A stretch of DNA of 63,820 bases, filler included, from Bigelowiella natans CCMP2755 (lineage: Eukaryota; Protista; Cercozoa), in the NCBI GenBank assembly GCA_000320545.1. It is 6 parts of 6 records of this genome, joined end to end, with 100 filler letters (N's around TTAATTAATTAA, not from the genome) between each part and the next. Parts side by side here need not be neighbours in the genome. Positions count along the whole stretch, not along the records: positions 28,477 to 39,988 come from ADNK01001238.1; positions 40,089 to 48,229 come from ADNK01003079.1; positions 48,330 to 60,774 come from ADNK01000530.1; 3 more parts are not named here. One strand, given 5' to 3'. Under the pieces are notes generated by a model that worked only from the letters and a program-made list of their open reading frames with translations, did not search any database and was not told the DNA's origin. A program made the position numbers and the translations under genes. Positions 39,121 to 52,281 of the stretch are shown here, piece by piece. Within the stretch, counting starts at the first letter, position 1, and each line of letters starts with the position of its first letter.

Positions 39121-39297
39121 GTATTGGGAGTATGCATGTGTGCACCTTCATTACTGCTACTGTTTCACAGCAGTAGGAAGGTATATAATAATTCCTGGCA
39201 TCTCACCACCACCACCACTACACCACTACTACTACTGGCATCAATATCACCATTATTGGCATCAATATCGCACTAAATTGAGTAACAGACAGGGCTA

Positions 39298-39334
<37 letters not shown>

Positions 39335-39639
39335 GAGAGGAAGGGAGGGGGAGAGAGAAATAACAACTACAGAGACAAGCTAACTCGGCGTTCGGTCGTC
39401 CACTCTCTCCCTCCCCCCTCCCTCACTACTAGATCGTCTCTCCTCGAAACCGCTTGTGCGGAACTCTGTTGATGTCGCTGCTAAACATCATTACAAACTT
39501 CAGAACGCCATCTTCCTCTGTCTATCCTATCTTACCACGTACGTACGGCCAATGTGTGTTGTGTGTGTGTGTGTGTGTGTGCGCGCGCCCGCGCGCGATA
39601 GTATAATGCCTAATATCAAGACATGCTCTGACTTTCAGT

Positions 39640-39688
<49 letters not shown>

Positions 39689-39772
39689 TCTTCGCTCCTT
39701 TTCCCCTCCTCCCCTCTTCCCCTCCTCAGCTTTATCGACCAGAGGATAGAGCTTATAGATGCCGCTCTCCAG
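37896..39772 (+). CDS. HID1/Dymeclin-family protein, partial
   Basis: Exons RLMFVPGFT, LLWEEG, IDSNRVVVLECLL|ACLGSALY and LLMSLLNII resemble HID1 conserved blocks. The gene probably starts near 37490 and runs into the gap. Confidence 0.55.
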
Positions 39773-39988
39773 GTAGCGCGGCGGAAAGCAGCACAACACT
39801 TTTCATCGCAATTTCCAACCTGCATATCATGAGGACGTAATGACGGACAATAAGCTCTTAACTCGCTCGTTCATTCTCTGTATATAGAAACCGTACCAGC
39901 AGTGGTGTTGGCGATGGTGGTGGTAGCTCTTCCTCTGTTGTGTGTGCATGATTGGTAGTCTCGCACATACGTCCTCGCATATATATAT

Positions 39989-40088
39989 NNNNNNNNNNNN
40001 NNNNNNNNNNNNNNNNNNNNNNNNNNNNNNNNTTAATTAATTAANNNNNNNNNNNNNNNNNNNNNNNNNNNNNNNNNNNNNNNNNNNN
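39989..40088. other. Assembly gap with artificial linker
   Basis: N44-TTAATTAATTAA-N44. Confidence 0.98.
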
Positions 40089-40126
40089 TACTATACTACT
40101 ACTACTACTACTACTACTACGTACTA

Positions 40127-40212
<86 letters not shown>

Positions 40213-40234
40213 CGCATTTGCACAGCACACTCAC

Positions 40235-40796
40235 CGTCGTGACGTAGAGTTGCATGGCGTCTTGATATGCATGGGGGGGTTCGGGTGCTAGCAATCCAAA
40301 TCTCGTTAACTTCTGCTTTTCGGCCTAAGGCGATAAAATATTCGAAACATGATGGCACTGTGACAGTAAGCTCTTATGTTTTCTGTGCGATAGAGACTAA
40401 CCGACACGGTAGACCCGCCCAGGCTCCAGGATAAAGACCGATTTGTACTAAGAAGTCGTCCACAAATGTTACACACACACACACAAACACACACACACAT
40501 ACACACATATCTTAACCTATTCAAAATTACATACGCATACTTAGTTTTTTAATACAGGTATATCAAATACGAGTGGACGAAAGAAAAACCACAGTGGGAA
40601 GTCTTACTGGTAATGTTTTCGGGACGACGGAAACACGCCTCAGGCTGAACCCGGGTTTTTCCCCGACGTGCCTCTGCTTCTTACTACTCAGGCATAATTC
40701 ATTTGATTCGAAGGAAGGCTCTTTCGAAAAACTTGCTTCGAAGGGCCTTTTCTTTGAGCCAGAACTCGCGGGAGGCATGGAACTAGAAGACGCCAT
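40235..40796 (-). CDS. FHA-domain protein, first three exons; truncated by the gap
   Basis: Splicing gives ...YKSVFILEPGRVYRVG|RKAEVNEIWIASTRTPPCISRRHATLRHD, containing the FHA GR and SRxHA motifs. Confidence 0.75.
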
Positions 40797-40926
40797 CGCC
40801 CTTTCCCTTTCTCTTCTCAGCAGAGCTTCCCGACTCAGAGATCATTTTACCTAAAAATAATAGGCAGTAATTAGTATGTAATATAAGTATTTACGATTTT
40901 CACCACTCTTCAACTCAAGAGCTTAC

Positions 40927-40998
40927 GGGGTCATAGCTCAGTGGTAGAGCAATCCGTTGCAGCCGGATAGGTCCGACGTTCAAATCGTCGTGGCCCCT
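40927..40998 (+). tRNA. tRNA-Cys (GCA)
   Basis: Acceptor stem GGGGTCA/TGGCCCC, discriminator T, D arm GCTC-AGTGGTA-GAGC, anticodon arm ATCCG-TTGCAGC-CGGAT, T arm CGACG-TTCAAAT-CGTCG; 72 nt, followed by a poly-T run. Confidence 0.95.
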
Positions 40999-41005
40999 GA
41001 GTTCC

Positions 41006-41012
41006 TTTTTTT
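41006..41012 (+). terminator. Pol III poly-T terminator of tRNA-Cys
   Basis: A run of T residues a few bases after the discriminator base. Confidence 0.7.
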
Positions 41013-42190
41013 CTTATGGGTTTGAGTTGACCTCCTCAGTCTCTTTTCAAAAACCCAGTGCTATTTTTTTTCACATTCATATATTTGTTTCAAAGACATG
41101 AAAACATCCTTGTCTGCTTCATGAATGGCAGCGGACTTTCATATAGTACTGAAAATATTTTTTTAATTTTTCGCTTTTGATGCCTTTCCATTTGCAAATA
41201 AAACTGACTTACAACCTAAAAATTATATTTTGTCCTATAATTTTCGAGGAAATATAGTGACGACAACAAATATGAAAGAAATCGCCAATAGATAAAATAT
41301 CGCAAAATCAGTTGCGGGCTGGTGGTGAAGCACATCCCTCAGAGTAATCAATGACCTCAGTAAGAAAATACTAAATTACACTATCATTTTCTTTTGCGTC
41401 AAGGCTTGACCTTTTTAAATTGGCGTACCCCCTGAATAAATTAGCAAATTATAGGGGATTTTCTCCTTCATCATGTTCATTATCGGAGAATTTCCTATTT
41501 TCCCGCAAATTTCCAATGTTCCTAACGGTGAAATGCTAATGACGGATAGTATCGCTGTTTAGGTGTCATAAACCGTCTATGACGGTCTTTGCCCGTCAAT
41601 ACCTGTATTTGACGGATAGTGTCAATAAAATCCAATAGGGGGGTAAGAAAGACTACTCCTCAGCCTCGTTATTGTTTTATTTGGATATTAACAATTTATC
41701 GGGAAAATAAATGTCGCAGAATAATGAAGAGAAATTCATCTGAGTGCATATATTTACTAAAATTAGCCTGATATATCAATATATTATGAATCTGGTGGAA
41801 GTCTAGTTTTTCTTGCAAGCTTTTCAACTCAGCACAGATTCTGACATAATGGTTTCTTTGTACCGCACATCCAAATGCGGGAAAGCTTTTCCTTGGAAAT
41901 GCATTATATTTATACAATATATATCGATAAAAGTTTTGTCGTATAATATTAATAACGGCGTTTATGGGCAACGAAGGAAGCGCTTGGTGGAGGAGAGTGA
42001 CGAAGAGACATAGTTGTGTGTCTGAAATCGTGTTAGGTCTTAGTACAAAATTTTAGACATACAATCGAGCTTTGGACTCAACGACTCCTCTCTCTCCCCA
42101 GCAGGAAGCAAACACTTCCTCCCGCCCACCCGGCCAAACCGTCCTTTCCGCACGTATTTTGCACGGATCGGATATTCTTTACCCAGTTAA

Positions 42191-44090
42191 ATGGCAACAA
42201 ACCTCGGTGATCCTGTAACCGCTCGTCCAACCGCGGATCAGGCTATTCCAAAAAATCCGATGACAACTGCTATGACATTTGGAGCTGGCAAGCCACAAAC
42301 TGCCCGTATTGGAGCGACTGCAAATACTGGAGTGAACGTGATTGCAGGAGGATACTACTATGGACGAACTGATGCTGCACTTTTAACTTCCTACCCATGC
42401 GCATACACTGAGCTTTGCAACTACATCCGCCTTCTTCAGGTAAAGGCTTTCACGATTATGAGGAAACTCATTTCTCCTATTCTTTAAAACAAACTATTAC
42501 ATGTTTCATTTTTAACTTTACCTTTTTTTCCATTCGGACAGAGTAAGTACAATTACTCCTTCCAAGTGGCTGTTTCTGACAAGTTTGTCGATGGCGAGGA
42601 CTGGGTGATGGCGTACGTCGGAGGCGTCTCCGCGAAAGAGCGGAACAAAGTGCCAACGCTTAACATTGTTAGGAGATTGATAATTGGATCAGACCTGCGG
42701 TGGGATCTATTCGGAGTGTCAGACCGCGCAGTTTCATCCCCGGATCTCCTCGGAGTTAGAAATCCCTTGCAGAGGAAATCAGATGTCTTACAGCTTCTGG
42801 ACAAGCTTGTCGACCGTGATGCCTGGTGTGCGGGCGTCCTTGGTGGTATAGTACCCCCTTCATTTATTGAAATGCAATTCTATGCATTTACTGGGGGTGT
42901 TCGATAAAACCATAAGGTTCTGGTCATGACGTTCGTATGAGCTTAACCGTTGCCGAAACGGAAAAGCTCTTGGCTGCTCGAAACCTCTGGCCTTTCAAAA
43001 GCAACAAGAATAGGTAAAGTCGCCCATCTAATTAAGTCGAAACCGAATTTACTTTGTCTCACAATTCTCAGGTTGCGCTACATAGTGGATGCTCTTGTGG
43101 ATGACTACGAAGCTCCGAACTGCTTCGAAGAAAGCAGGAAAAGGTACCTCAAGCCGTTGTGGATAGATATGGCACTGGTTTTACTGACCGATATTGTTAC
43201 ATCAGTTTGCATAAGCTGAATCTTTGGCTGGATAATGAAGTGAAGTTTGGTGAGCGAATCCGAGATTCACAGCTCGACGGCCTCGTTTTCGTTGGAAAGG
43301 GGTGCTTCTCCAAAGACTGTCGGGGGTTGTCGAACGAAAAGCAATGCGGGTCTTGCAAATCTCTTCGAAGAAAGGCGCTCTCTAAAGAGAACAGAGCGAA
43401 AACCGCAAGTAATATATGACTTTCAAAAGAGAGATGATAAAGAAGGAAAATCGACGATATTACATTTAAGAAAAATAGTAGAGCCATCTCTTGGAAAAAG
43501 AATGGCGCTCAATTCCCCAGAAAACGATATTTCAAACTAACCACTGATCCACCAATTGTTTTTTTCAACAGAGAAGAAAGGACAGAAAGATATGAAAGAC
43601 GGAAAGAGGAAGAAGGTATGTGTTACTGTAAATTATAACAAAACGGGTTTTGAAGGATTAATTCTGATCTCGGTGGTATATTAGGGAGCCTTCGATGATG
43701 ATGACTTGAAAGATGGCTCCGGCACAGATCCTTCCGGAAAACCAAAAAGAAAACGTGAAAAAAATATTCATTTAATGTCTCGCGCGGAGCTTGAAGCTGC
43801 ATACAAGAAGGCAAAGAAGGCAAATGTCAACCGAAAGCACTACAAAGCCAGGAAAGCTAAAGAAAGATTGGAAGCCCAGAAGGGTATCAAACAGAATCGT
43901 GTTGGTACTGCAAGGGATCTTCGTCCTCCGCCACCTCCACCTCCATTCCGCTCGGGCCACCACGCGCCTCTTCCTCCTCATCGGTACCAAAAAGCCTTTT
44001 TAAAATTAACGTGATTTATTTGCTCTGTAATTTCGTATCAGAATTCTAATTGTTTGCTCTTTTCAGAACACACTACTAGGAGCTTACTGA
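42191..44090 (+). CDS. Hypothetical intron-containing protein with Cys motif, possibly transposon-derived
   Basis: ORFs 42191-42487, 42566-42907, 43159-43419 and 43706-44014 are linked by GT-AG introns. They contain WCAGV...CFSKDCRGLSNEKQCGSCKSLRRK followed by a basic coiled region. Confidence 0.5.
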
Positions 44091-44289
44091 GCTTTTATAA
44101 TTGTGGGAAAATTCTACTGGGCAAGTCTTACAGGCAGATAGGGGAATAGAGAGAAAGAAAAAAGTTCATAGAATGCTTTTCAAATTCTATGCTACTCAAC
44201 GTTTCACAAATCTACATTGTGCTGTGTGCAAAAAAGTTAATGTAATATAAGTCAGACATAGTTTATTTGATGTTTGAATGTTCGTTCTC

Positions 44290-45420
44290 AAATATGTCTT
44301 AAACGCACACACGCGATTACTGTACGTATAAGCAATGAGATCGATACGATACTCATGCATTCTTACAAGCTAGTACATGATGGCATAGCTTGCAACCTCA
44401 TTGGCATATCTACTTGTTTAGCTAGAGGCTAGAGCATAGCTGCATCACAGAGACGGCATCGTGTCATTGAGTACCAACGCATGTAGCAACAGTGAGCAAT
44501 CGGGGCACATCTATCCCAGCTAGCCAGTTAGCAGGCGTCGTGATAGATAGATTTTTGCATGCGCACGACTAGCTAGAGCATGCTGCCCAGCACTGCTTGC
44601 AGCAGCAGCGTCCAATGCTAGAATTTTGTGTGCGACACCAACAATGACGCACAATGTGCTAGAATGTTCGCGCGTGTGCGTACAACGTACGATACGTCAC
44701 AATCACACATCGCGTGCTACACAGCAGCCTAGCAGCTACGCTGGGATCGCATCGCGCGAGCTAGCTAGGTAGCCATTCTAGCATTGCACAGCAGGTACAC
44801 AGGTGTAGCTAGTGAGTCCTAGAGTCATTAGCGCTCCACCTAGCTAGCTAGTCAGACATCTGCAGACGCGCGTCATGCTAGCGTGCACACACGCATGCAC
44901 GTAGCGTGGCGTGTGCATAGTCGCACACAATTAGAGGCCGCTATAATATACCGCTGGCTTAGCTGGGCATGCAGCATCTATCTAGAGCATGCTAGCATGC
45001 TGCTGAAAAAGAGACACGGACCGCTCTAGCGCTGCGCGCACCGTCGTCGTGCGACATCGACGACAGGATGCAGATGCTTTCAAATGCATGAAACACATGA
45101 TAGACGAGACAAATAGACACAACCTAAGCGCTGTAGCCGCTGCTTTGCACAACTACATTGGGATGACTATTGAAAAGACTTAATCACTTCATCACATCCG
45201 TCTCACATATGTACATCGACTAATGGACTAGTTAGCTAGGCTCATAGGTAGACGTGTACGTCGATAATCTGGACCAAGCAGAACTTATACCTTCACATCA
45301 TCCAGCGGACTGTACAGGTAAGATCATCGTATCAAAACAAAGAATACAAGAAGACGCACCGATTATGTGACATAGCATCGCATGCGCAAGAATCGAAGTT
45401 TTCTAGATATCGTACTATGC
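44290..45420. repeat. TpA-depleted, CTAG-rich island F
   Basis: Many CTAG and (CTAG)n; surviving TpA mostly CTA or TAG; CpG abundant. Contains the second retroelement copy. Confidence 0.75.
45030..45206 (+). mobile_element. 5'-truncated retroelement 3' end, copy 2
   Basis: DAFKCMKHMIDETNRHNLSAVAAALHNYIGMTIEKT* aligns with copy 1 DAFKCMKHIVAETNRCNISAVAAALHSYIRMTIEKI*, and the two share the tail CTTCATCACATCCGTCTCA. Confidence 0.75.
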
Positions 45421-45512
45421 TAACAAAACATTTATGCATTTTACATACAAACAAATTTTAAGTCGAGGTGTGGAAATATAAATAAAATATTATTTTTTGA
45501 TCCCCACTTTAT

Positions 45513-45685
45513 TTATTTTCCCACCATGGTAGTGACTATCTCGAAACTAGTTTGCTTCTCCAGCATCTCCTCGTATCTCTTCCATTGGCGAACCGCCAAG
45601 TGCAATCGATTCCATATTTTTCACCTTGAGCGGCCATCAGAATGTACGCGTTTTAATACAATTCATTATAATTGTTCTCGATGCC

Positions 45686-45731
<46 letters not shown>

Positions 45732-45930
45732 ACACCAACACACACCCACGCACCCACAAATACACACATACATAACCACACACGAAGTCATTTGCTGCTA
45801 AATTGACTCGCCAACTGTGGCGATAACATCGCAGTCAATAGTTACTACATCGTCCGCTTTCAGCCGATGCTCCTTCCTTGAGAGAATAGCAGCTCGTACT
45901 CGTTCTTGCTCCTGCCACTTTAAACCTATG

Positions 45931-45973
<43 letters not shown>

Positions 45974-46509
45974 ACCCCATCCATCAAAACTCTACTGTCG
46001 CATAATCAGGAGTGTCCATCAATGCCGATGCCCGTGCGCGTGCGTGAAAGGAAAACAGCAAGAACAATGGACAGTGACTTAATTAAACAGGGGGGTCGCG
46101 GGGGGTTGGGTTGGGTTTTTGCTAACAATATCGAAAGAGCAGCGGAGAGGCCAGCGTCGCGACAAGCAGTGCCCAGACTGTGATAGCAAAGGATTCCTCG
46201 TCGAGCAAACCTGCCGATAATTTAAATATTTCGAATCTTCGTATAGCTCATCTCCCACCGCCTTAGCATTCGCGGGCAAGGAATAAGCAACACCCCGCCC
46301 AACCAGCAGCCTACAGCCGTGAAACACATGCGTGCATTGGGATGGCGGGCTTCAGGTGCCTTCTCCACCCCCCCCCCCTTTTCCGTTTCGTAGAACCTGA
46401 TTTGAGTGCGCTCGCTGCCATCACAAAGCCCAGCTCACCTCTCCCTACCTAGGAGGAATAATCGTTGGATGATCCGGAGGGAGAAGAAGAAGAAGAAGAA
46501 GACAGGGGC

Positions 46510-46551
<42 letters not shown>

Positions 46552-47603
46552 ATATGAATATATTTGTGTGTGTCCGCATGGCCATTCCTATTTTCCATTT
46601 CTTTTTCCGTCGGAGAACTTCTATCTACTGCTCATATAACATTGAATGCCACAGCCACTACTGCTGCTGCTGCTGCTACCATAGCCCATCCTATCACGTT
46701 AGCTCCGATCCAGCCGCCTTTAGGCCGCCGATCGTAGCCGCGTTTTGCAATATGAGGGGGGGTGGGGAGGGGGGGGTAGGATTAGTTGTCATTGATTGTG
46801 CTGCGGCAGAACCTCAATATCACTACATAGCCCCAAATGAGACCCCCCATCCTTCGTTCCTACGCTGATTCATTTCTTCAGGTGAAATGGGGATGGTGAG
46901 GGACTTCACATGAGTAGTCACATGTGTTAATAGCCTCGATCGTATACTCCAGAGCGGTATCAACGACAGCGAAGCATTGCGTTTTTTTAAAATATGTTTG
47001 TAAGACTATTACACGTCTGCGCGCCGCGCGCGCGCGTGTTTGTGTGCGTGTCTGTGTGCCTGTGGGTATAAGGATGTGTATTTAGCGGGGTGTGTGGTTT
47101 ATATTAGTTAAACAACACCTTCCCCCCACGCAAGCAGTCCTGTCACCCACTTTTCCTGAATGAGGAGGAGGGGGAGGAAGAGGAGGGGGGAGGAGGAAAA
47201 AAAACACGCGGTGATAGGATGGTTAAACTAGATGGTGAAGTGGTATGTAGGAGTAGCTTCATAAGGTGCTTCCGAACATAAAGGATCCCCCCTCCCCCCC
47301 CCCTCTCCCCCGGAAATTATTCTTCCAAACACACACACGCAAAAATACTAAATGTTATTGTATATAATATATATAGAGAGAGAGGGAGAGATCACTATAC
47401 GAAAAGTGGATTGGTGGTTCTCGTACCTACTATCGCTGCCACTGAGTAGAGTAGACCAATCCTGCCAAAGCATGTTGTTGTTGTTGTTGTTGATGAATTA
47501 GAAGAAGAGGAAGAAGAAGAAAGAAAACAGCACAACACCTCACCAGATGCATGATGTGTGTGCCCATGCACGCACTGGCTATCAAATTTAATAAATCTAT
47601 ATG

Positions 47604-47642
<39 letters not shown>

Positions 47643-48114
47643 TTGAAAATACCCAAGAGCCTTCGGATGAAACATCTTCGCGAGGGGCACATAAGTACCT
47701 ATTGATTGGTAACATTTGGTAGATGGCCGACAGGGAAAAACGATTTTCCCACATCATTGACTCTTGCTGGTCCTTGGTGGAGGGATGGAGGGATGGAGGG
47801 ATGGAAGGAGGGAGGGAAGGAGGTAGGGAGCGGGGGAGGGGTGGAAAAGCTGAGGCTCACCAATGGATGCGAAAAAAACAGAAGTAATAGGAACAGCGAT
47901 CGAACAAGCGACCTGCCTCTCCCACGCTGCAGCAAGTCTGAGAAGATGTGATTGATGATTTGACAAACAAGCGGTGGCACTATCTGCATCGTGGTGGGTG
48001 GGGTGGAGACGACGATGATGATAACGATCACGGCGATCGCTTGCCAGACAAAAAACCCAGTTTCAAGGAGCTAGTAGCTCCCAACTCACCTTGGTACACG
48101 AGAGCAGACGACGC
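45513..48114 (-). CDS. CPA2-family cation/H+ antiporter, 3' part; 5' part lost in the gap
   Basis: Small exons splice to GVVCSRVPR|LAAAWERQV...SVFFASIG|TYVPLAKMF...|IGLLYSVAAI..|KWVTGLL..|GWIGANVIGWAM|VGRGELGFVMA...|GLLDEESFAITVWALLVATLASP, containing the CPA2 FFxxIG and RGE motifs. Confidence 0.85.
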
Positions 48115-48188
48115 CTACCAACAACAACAACAACAACAATAACAAACGCAACAAACATGAACCCCGACTATCCCCTTTCTAGATGAGA

Positions 48189-48222
<34 letters not shown>

Positions 48223-48229
48223 AGGGGGA

Positions 48230-48329
48230 NNNNNNNNNNNNNNNNNNNNNNNNNNNNNNNNNNNNNNNNNNNNTTAATTAATTAANNNNNNNNNNNNNNN
48301 NNNNNNNNNNNNNNNNNNNNNNNNNNNNN
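48230..48329. other. Assembly gap with artificial linker
   Basis: N44-TTAATTAATTAA-N44. Confidence 0.98.
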
Positions 48330-48395
48330 TGTGTGTGTGTGTGTGTATAAGTGTGTACGAATATAACCACACACACACATACACACACGCACACG

Positions 48396-48458
<63 letters not shown>

Positions 48459-48499
48459 CGCACACACAGTCACGCACACACGCACAATGTACACACGAT

Positions 48500-49055
48500 G
48501 GACATGGCATCTTCGGAGCTAACCCTACTACTACTACTCCTACTACCACTACTGCTGCTGCTGCTGCTACTACTACTGCTACTACTATTACTACCCTTTG
48601 TTCTTCTTCTCTCCCCGGTGTCTCGCGCGTTGCAAAGGCTGGTCCTCTGATGAAGACAGCCCGCTGTCGCTGCTGCTACTAATCCCGCTGCTCATACTAA
48701 TCTCCTTCCCTCTCCTATTCTTCCTCTCTCCGCCTCCTTGCTCGCTACTACTAGTTCTAAATCGTCGTGTGGGATCTTGCTTCCTCCTCCTCCCCCCGGC
48801 TCCGGCTGCATCCCCAGTTCTTCTCTTCCTACTGCTGCTACGACCCCTCTTGCTGGTCCTCCTCCTTCGTTTGTCTCGATAGTTGTCGTTGTGGTCTTCT
48901 TCGTCGCTGATGCTACTGCTGATGCCGCTGCTGCTGCTGCTGCTGCTGCTTCGCTGCTGCCTGCGTGCATCGTTGTTGCTGCTGTAGCGAATACGACCCC
49001 CTTCATGATGATGATGACGCCGACGCCGGTGGTTGCTACTGTTCGCACGAAGTAC

Positions 49056-49090
<35 letters not shown>

Positions 49091-49175
49091 GCGCGTGATG
49101 GCCCTATTTCATCATCATTCTCATCCTCGCTGCCTTGTTTACCATCCACAATTTATTACACAAAGTACGCTTTCC

Positions 49176-49249
<74 letters not shown>

Positions 49250-49448
49250 CTGTCTAATTCTGTTCTCACGTAGTCGTTCGTCGCCGTCGTCTGCTTCTAT
49301 CCCTGCCACGACTTCCTCCCCCAGCTGCAGTTATGACGAAACCGTCTTCAAACAACACCACAACAAATTAACACATTCTCCTCAAATTTTCATTGCATTG
49401 CTTAAAACCGAAGATTCCTCAGCGGGCCTATTTCTCTCTCTGTCTGTC

Positions 49449-49498
<50 letters not shown>

Positions 49499-50064
49499 TC
49501 TCACTCTCCCCACCCCCCTGTTTCGTGCGACCTCTAAGACAGCCATTGTTCTTCATAGCGCGGTGATGGCGTAGTTGATGGGCGCTTACAACGAAGGGCG
49601 GCAGCTCAAGAAGGCGACGGGGAGGAATACGATGATGACGGGAACCGGTTTCATCGTCATCATCATTGGCATATGGCTGCTGTGTCTTGCCATCAACACA
49701 ATTGTCGCATCCTCCTCCTCCTCCTCCTCCTCCTCCTCCTCCTCCTCTGTGCCCTCCACCCCATCTTTTCCCTTCGTCTTTGCCCCCTGTCTTCAATTTA
49801 TCGATTACTGCGGCGTTGTCGCAAGAGTAGTCACAGCGTCCAGGAGTCCTCCTCCACCACCAACCGTGTTGCGGTGGTTGCTGTTGTTCTGCTGTCGCTA
49901 CCGTCTCAGCCCTAGCTGTTTTCGATGTTGCGAGGAGATGTGGCTGCAGCTTCAGTGGATAATGGCGCCGGGCCCGTTCCATCCGTTCGAATGCACCGAT
50001 CGATGCACATATGCTCATTAGTACGACAGAGGCCTAGAGAAGGACGCCACAGAACAATGATATG

Positions 50065-50134
<70 letters not shown>

Positions 50135-50470
50135 AGGAGCAACAGCAAAGGGCAAATTGTGTTGTGTTGTGATGTGATGAGGTGGCGATTGCAGGCAGCA
50201 GTATGTATCCTATTTGTCCTTGAAATCGTGTATTGATCGGAGAGAGCAAGATACCAGTGCAGTCATGGTAGCTCCGCATGGTTTTCGTCTCTCCCGCCTC
50301 CTGGTCCACCTACCATTCCGCCTGCTCCTTCTGCCGCGGTCACTGAGCAGTCCTCGCGATGAAGAAGTACAGTAGGGGGGGGGGGGGAGGGAGGTGCTGC
50401 GCATATCCTCTGTCCATGAACGCCGCCACTCAATATATCTTCCTCTGCATATCGATCACCCACCTCCTCC
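48500..50470 (-). CDS. Hypothetical low-complexity Arg/Ser-rich protein; exon structure uncertain
   Basis: Several GT-AG-bounded open segments, for example in 48591-49050 and 49270-49345, lie between microsatellite introns. Confidence 0.3.
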
Positions 50471-50783
50471 TTTTCCTGTTCGCCGTCACCCGTCGCTGCC
50501 CTGACGGTGATGGATGAATGCTTGTGTGGCGAGAGGCTGCCGTGCCGTGCGAGGGGATTCTTGTGAACAACACAACAACTGAGTCGCCGTAGTCGCTGCG
50601 GGTGAAGCGAATTTCGGCCCTGGGCGCGCGCTCGAAGTCAGCGAATCTCCCGGAGAACTGGGTGGGGACGGCCACAGAACAGAGATCCGAGTTCCGTCGC
50701 CCGGAGAGCTCGATCCGGATTTCCAAGCGGGAAACGGGCGGCAGACATCGGGAGAACATCGGCTATATTTTCTCTACTACGAC

Positions 50784-52237
50784 AATGCCACATCGCAAGC
50801 CGCAGGAGGGAATCCTCGTACGGGTAGTTTCTTTCGCGCAAACATCGGATGAACATCGTAGGATTTCCGTCCACGGTCAGCAGCAGCAGCAGCAGCAGCA
50901 GCAGCGTCTCGGAAGGAGGAGCAGCGTATACACATATCTGAAGCAGCCCCTGCACGCGCACACGCACCTCACCCACGCAATTGCATATACTACGACCAGG
51001 AGCTACTTACCATGCTGAGCGTTCCGGCCTTGTTCCTGATGCTGTGCCCGTTGGCCTCATTCGTCCTGATGGCCTTCTACTTCCTCTACGACAAGAAGGA
51101 GCCGTACGCAAAGGCGCTACCGTCCTTGTCCAGCATCCTGTCGCAGGCGGCGAAGAAGGTCAGGAGGGGGAGAGGTTGAAGAAGGGGGGTAATCAAACGG
51201 GATGAGTCGGCAGCTTTGTCGCTATTAAGCACCCATCACCATCCTTGCAAAATATGGAGTGGAGAGGAACTAATCTTCATATCATTGTTTGCCTGTATGT
51301 CGCAGGGACTCTTGAAGGACGGAATCACCGAAGAGGGCCTTGCGAAAATTTTAAAGGAAAAAATAGTTGCCTGCTTCCAGGGTACATCCGTCGCACTCAC
51401 CACATATGTTCTATGCCTTTTTCCCTCCCCCTCGTTCGCACGTGTGCACAAAAAAAAATCCATGTTTCTCGAATGCGGCGACTGATCGGCCTCTTGCTTC
51501 TCTCTCCCAGGGCGCGCCGTTGTGCTCAACGAAAATGCGAATATTGATAATATACATCGCAGCAAGGTAGTTAGATGTTTTCTCTGAGGGGTAGTAGCCA
51601 ATAACAAGGAGGAGACGATCTGGCTGCTCGTTGGGTGCTAGAATTCCTCTCCTCTTCCCATTCTCTGCTCCACAGCGTAACCCTCCCGCATTGCTTGATT
51701 AATAGCCGATGGCCTTCCTCCACAGAGTCTGCTACCTAAAATAGATAGCAGCAGCAGCAGCAGCAGCAGCAGTAGAATTAAGCTGTTTGTTCCTTGCATA
51801 CTCTCTCTCTCTCTCTATCTCTCACTGTGTGTGGGTGCGTGTCCTTCTTCCCCCCCCCCCCCCCGGCCCCCCCCTGTAGCGTAAATGCAGCTCCACTGCA
51901 ATAGTGGAAGATCTTGTACGCGATCTGAAGCAAAAGACTGTCCAAGAAGGTGAAGGTGAAGAGATGAAGGAGACGCTACTTGCGAAGGAGGACGATAAGA
52001 AACGCGTCTTGGTAGCAACACAGCATTGTTAATGATGATGATAACCTCAAGAAAAATTGATCTGCCGTGTCGTCGATGTATATCCATATATCGGTAGAGG
52101 TAGGCAATTATCGCTACAGTTTGAGAGGGACTGAGAATGTTTCTCTGCCACAGCGTAGCATCAATTTTAGTAGTCCACAACGAGGATTCGCTTGCTTTTC
52201 TTCTTCTTAGTTATTTTCCAACTCACCTAGAGCTTTA

Positions 52238-52281
<44 letters not shown>

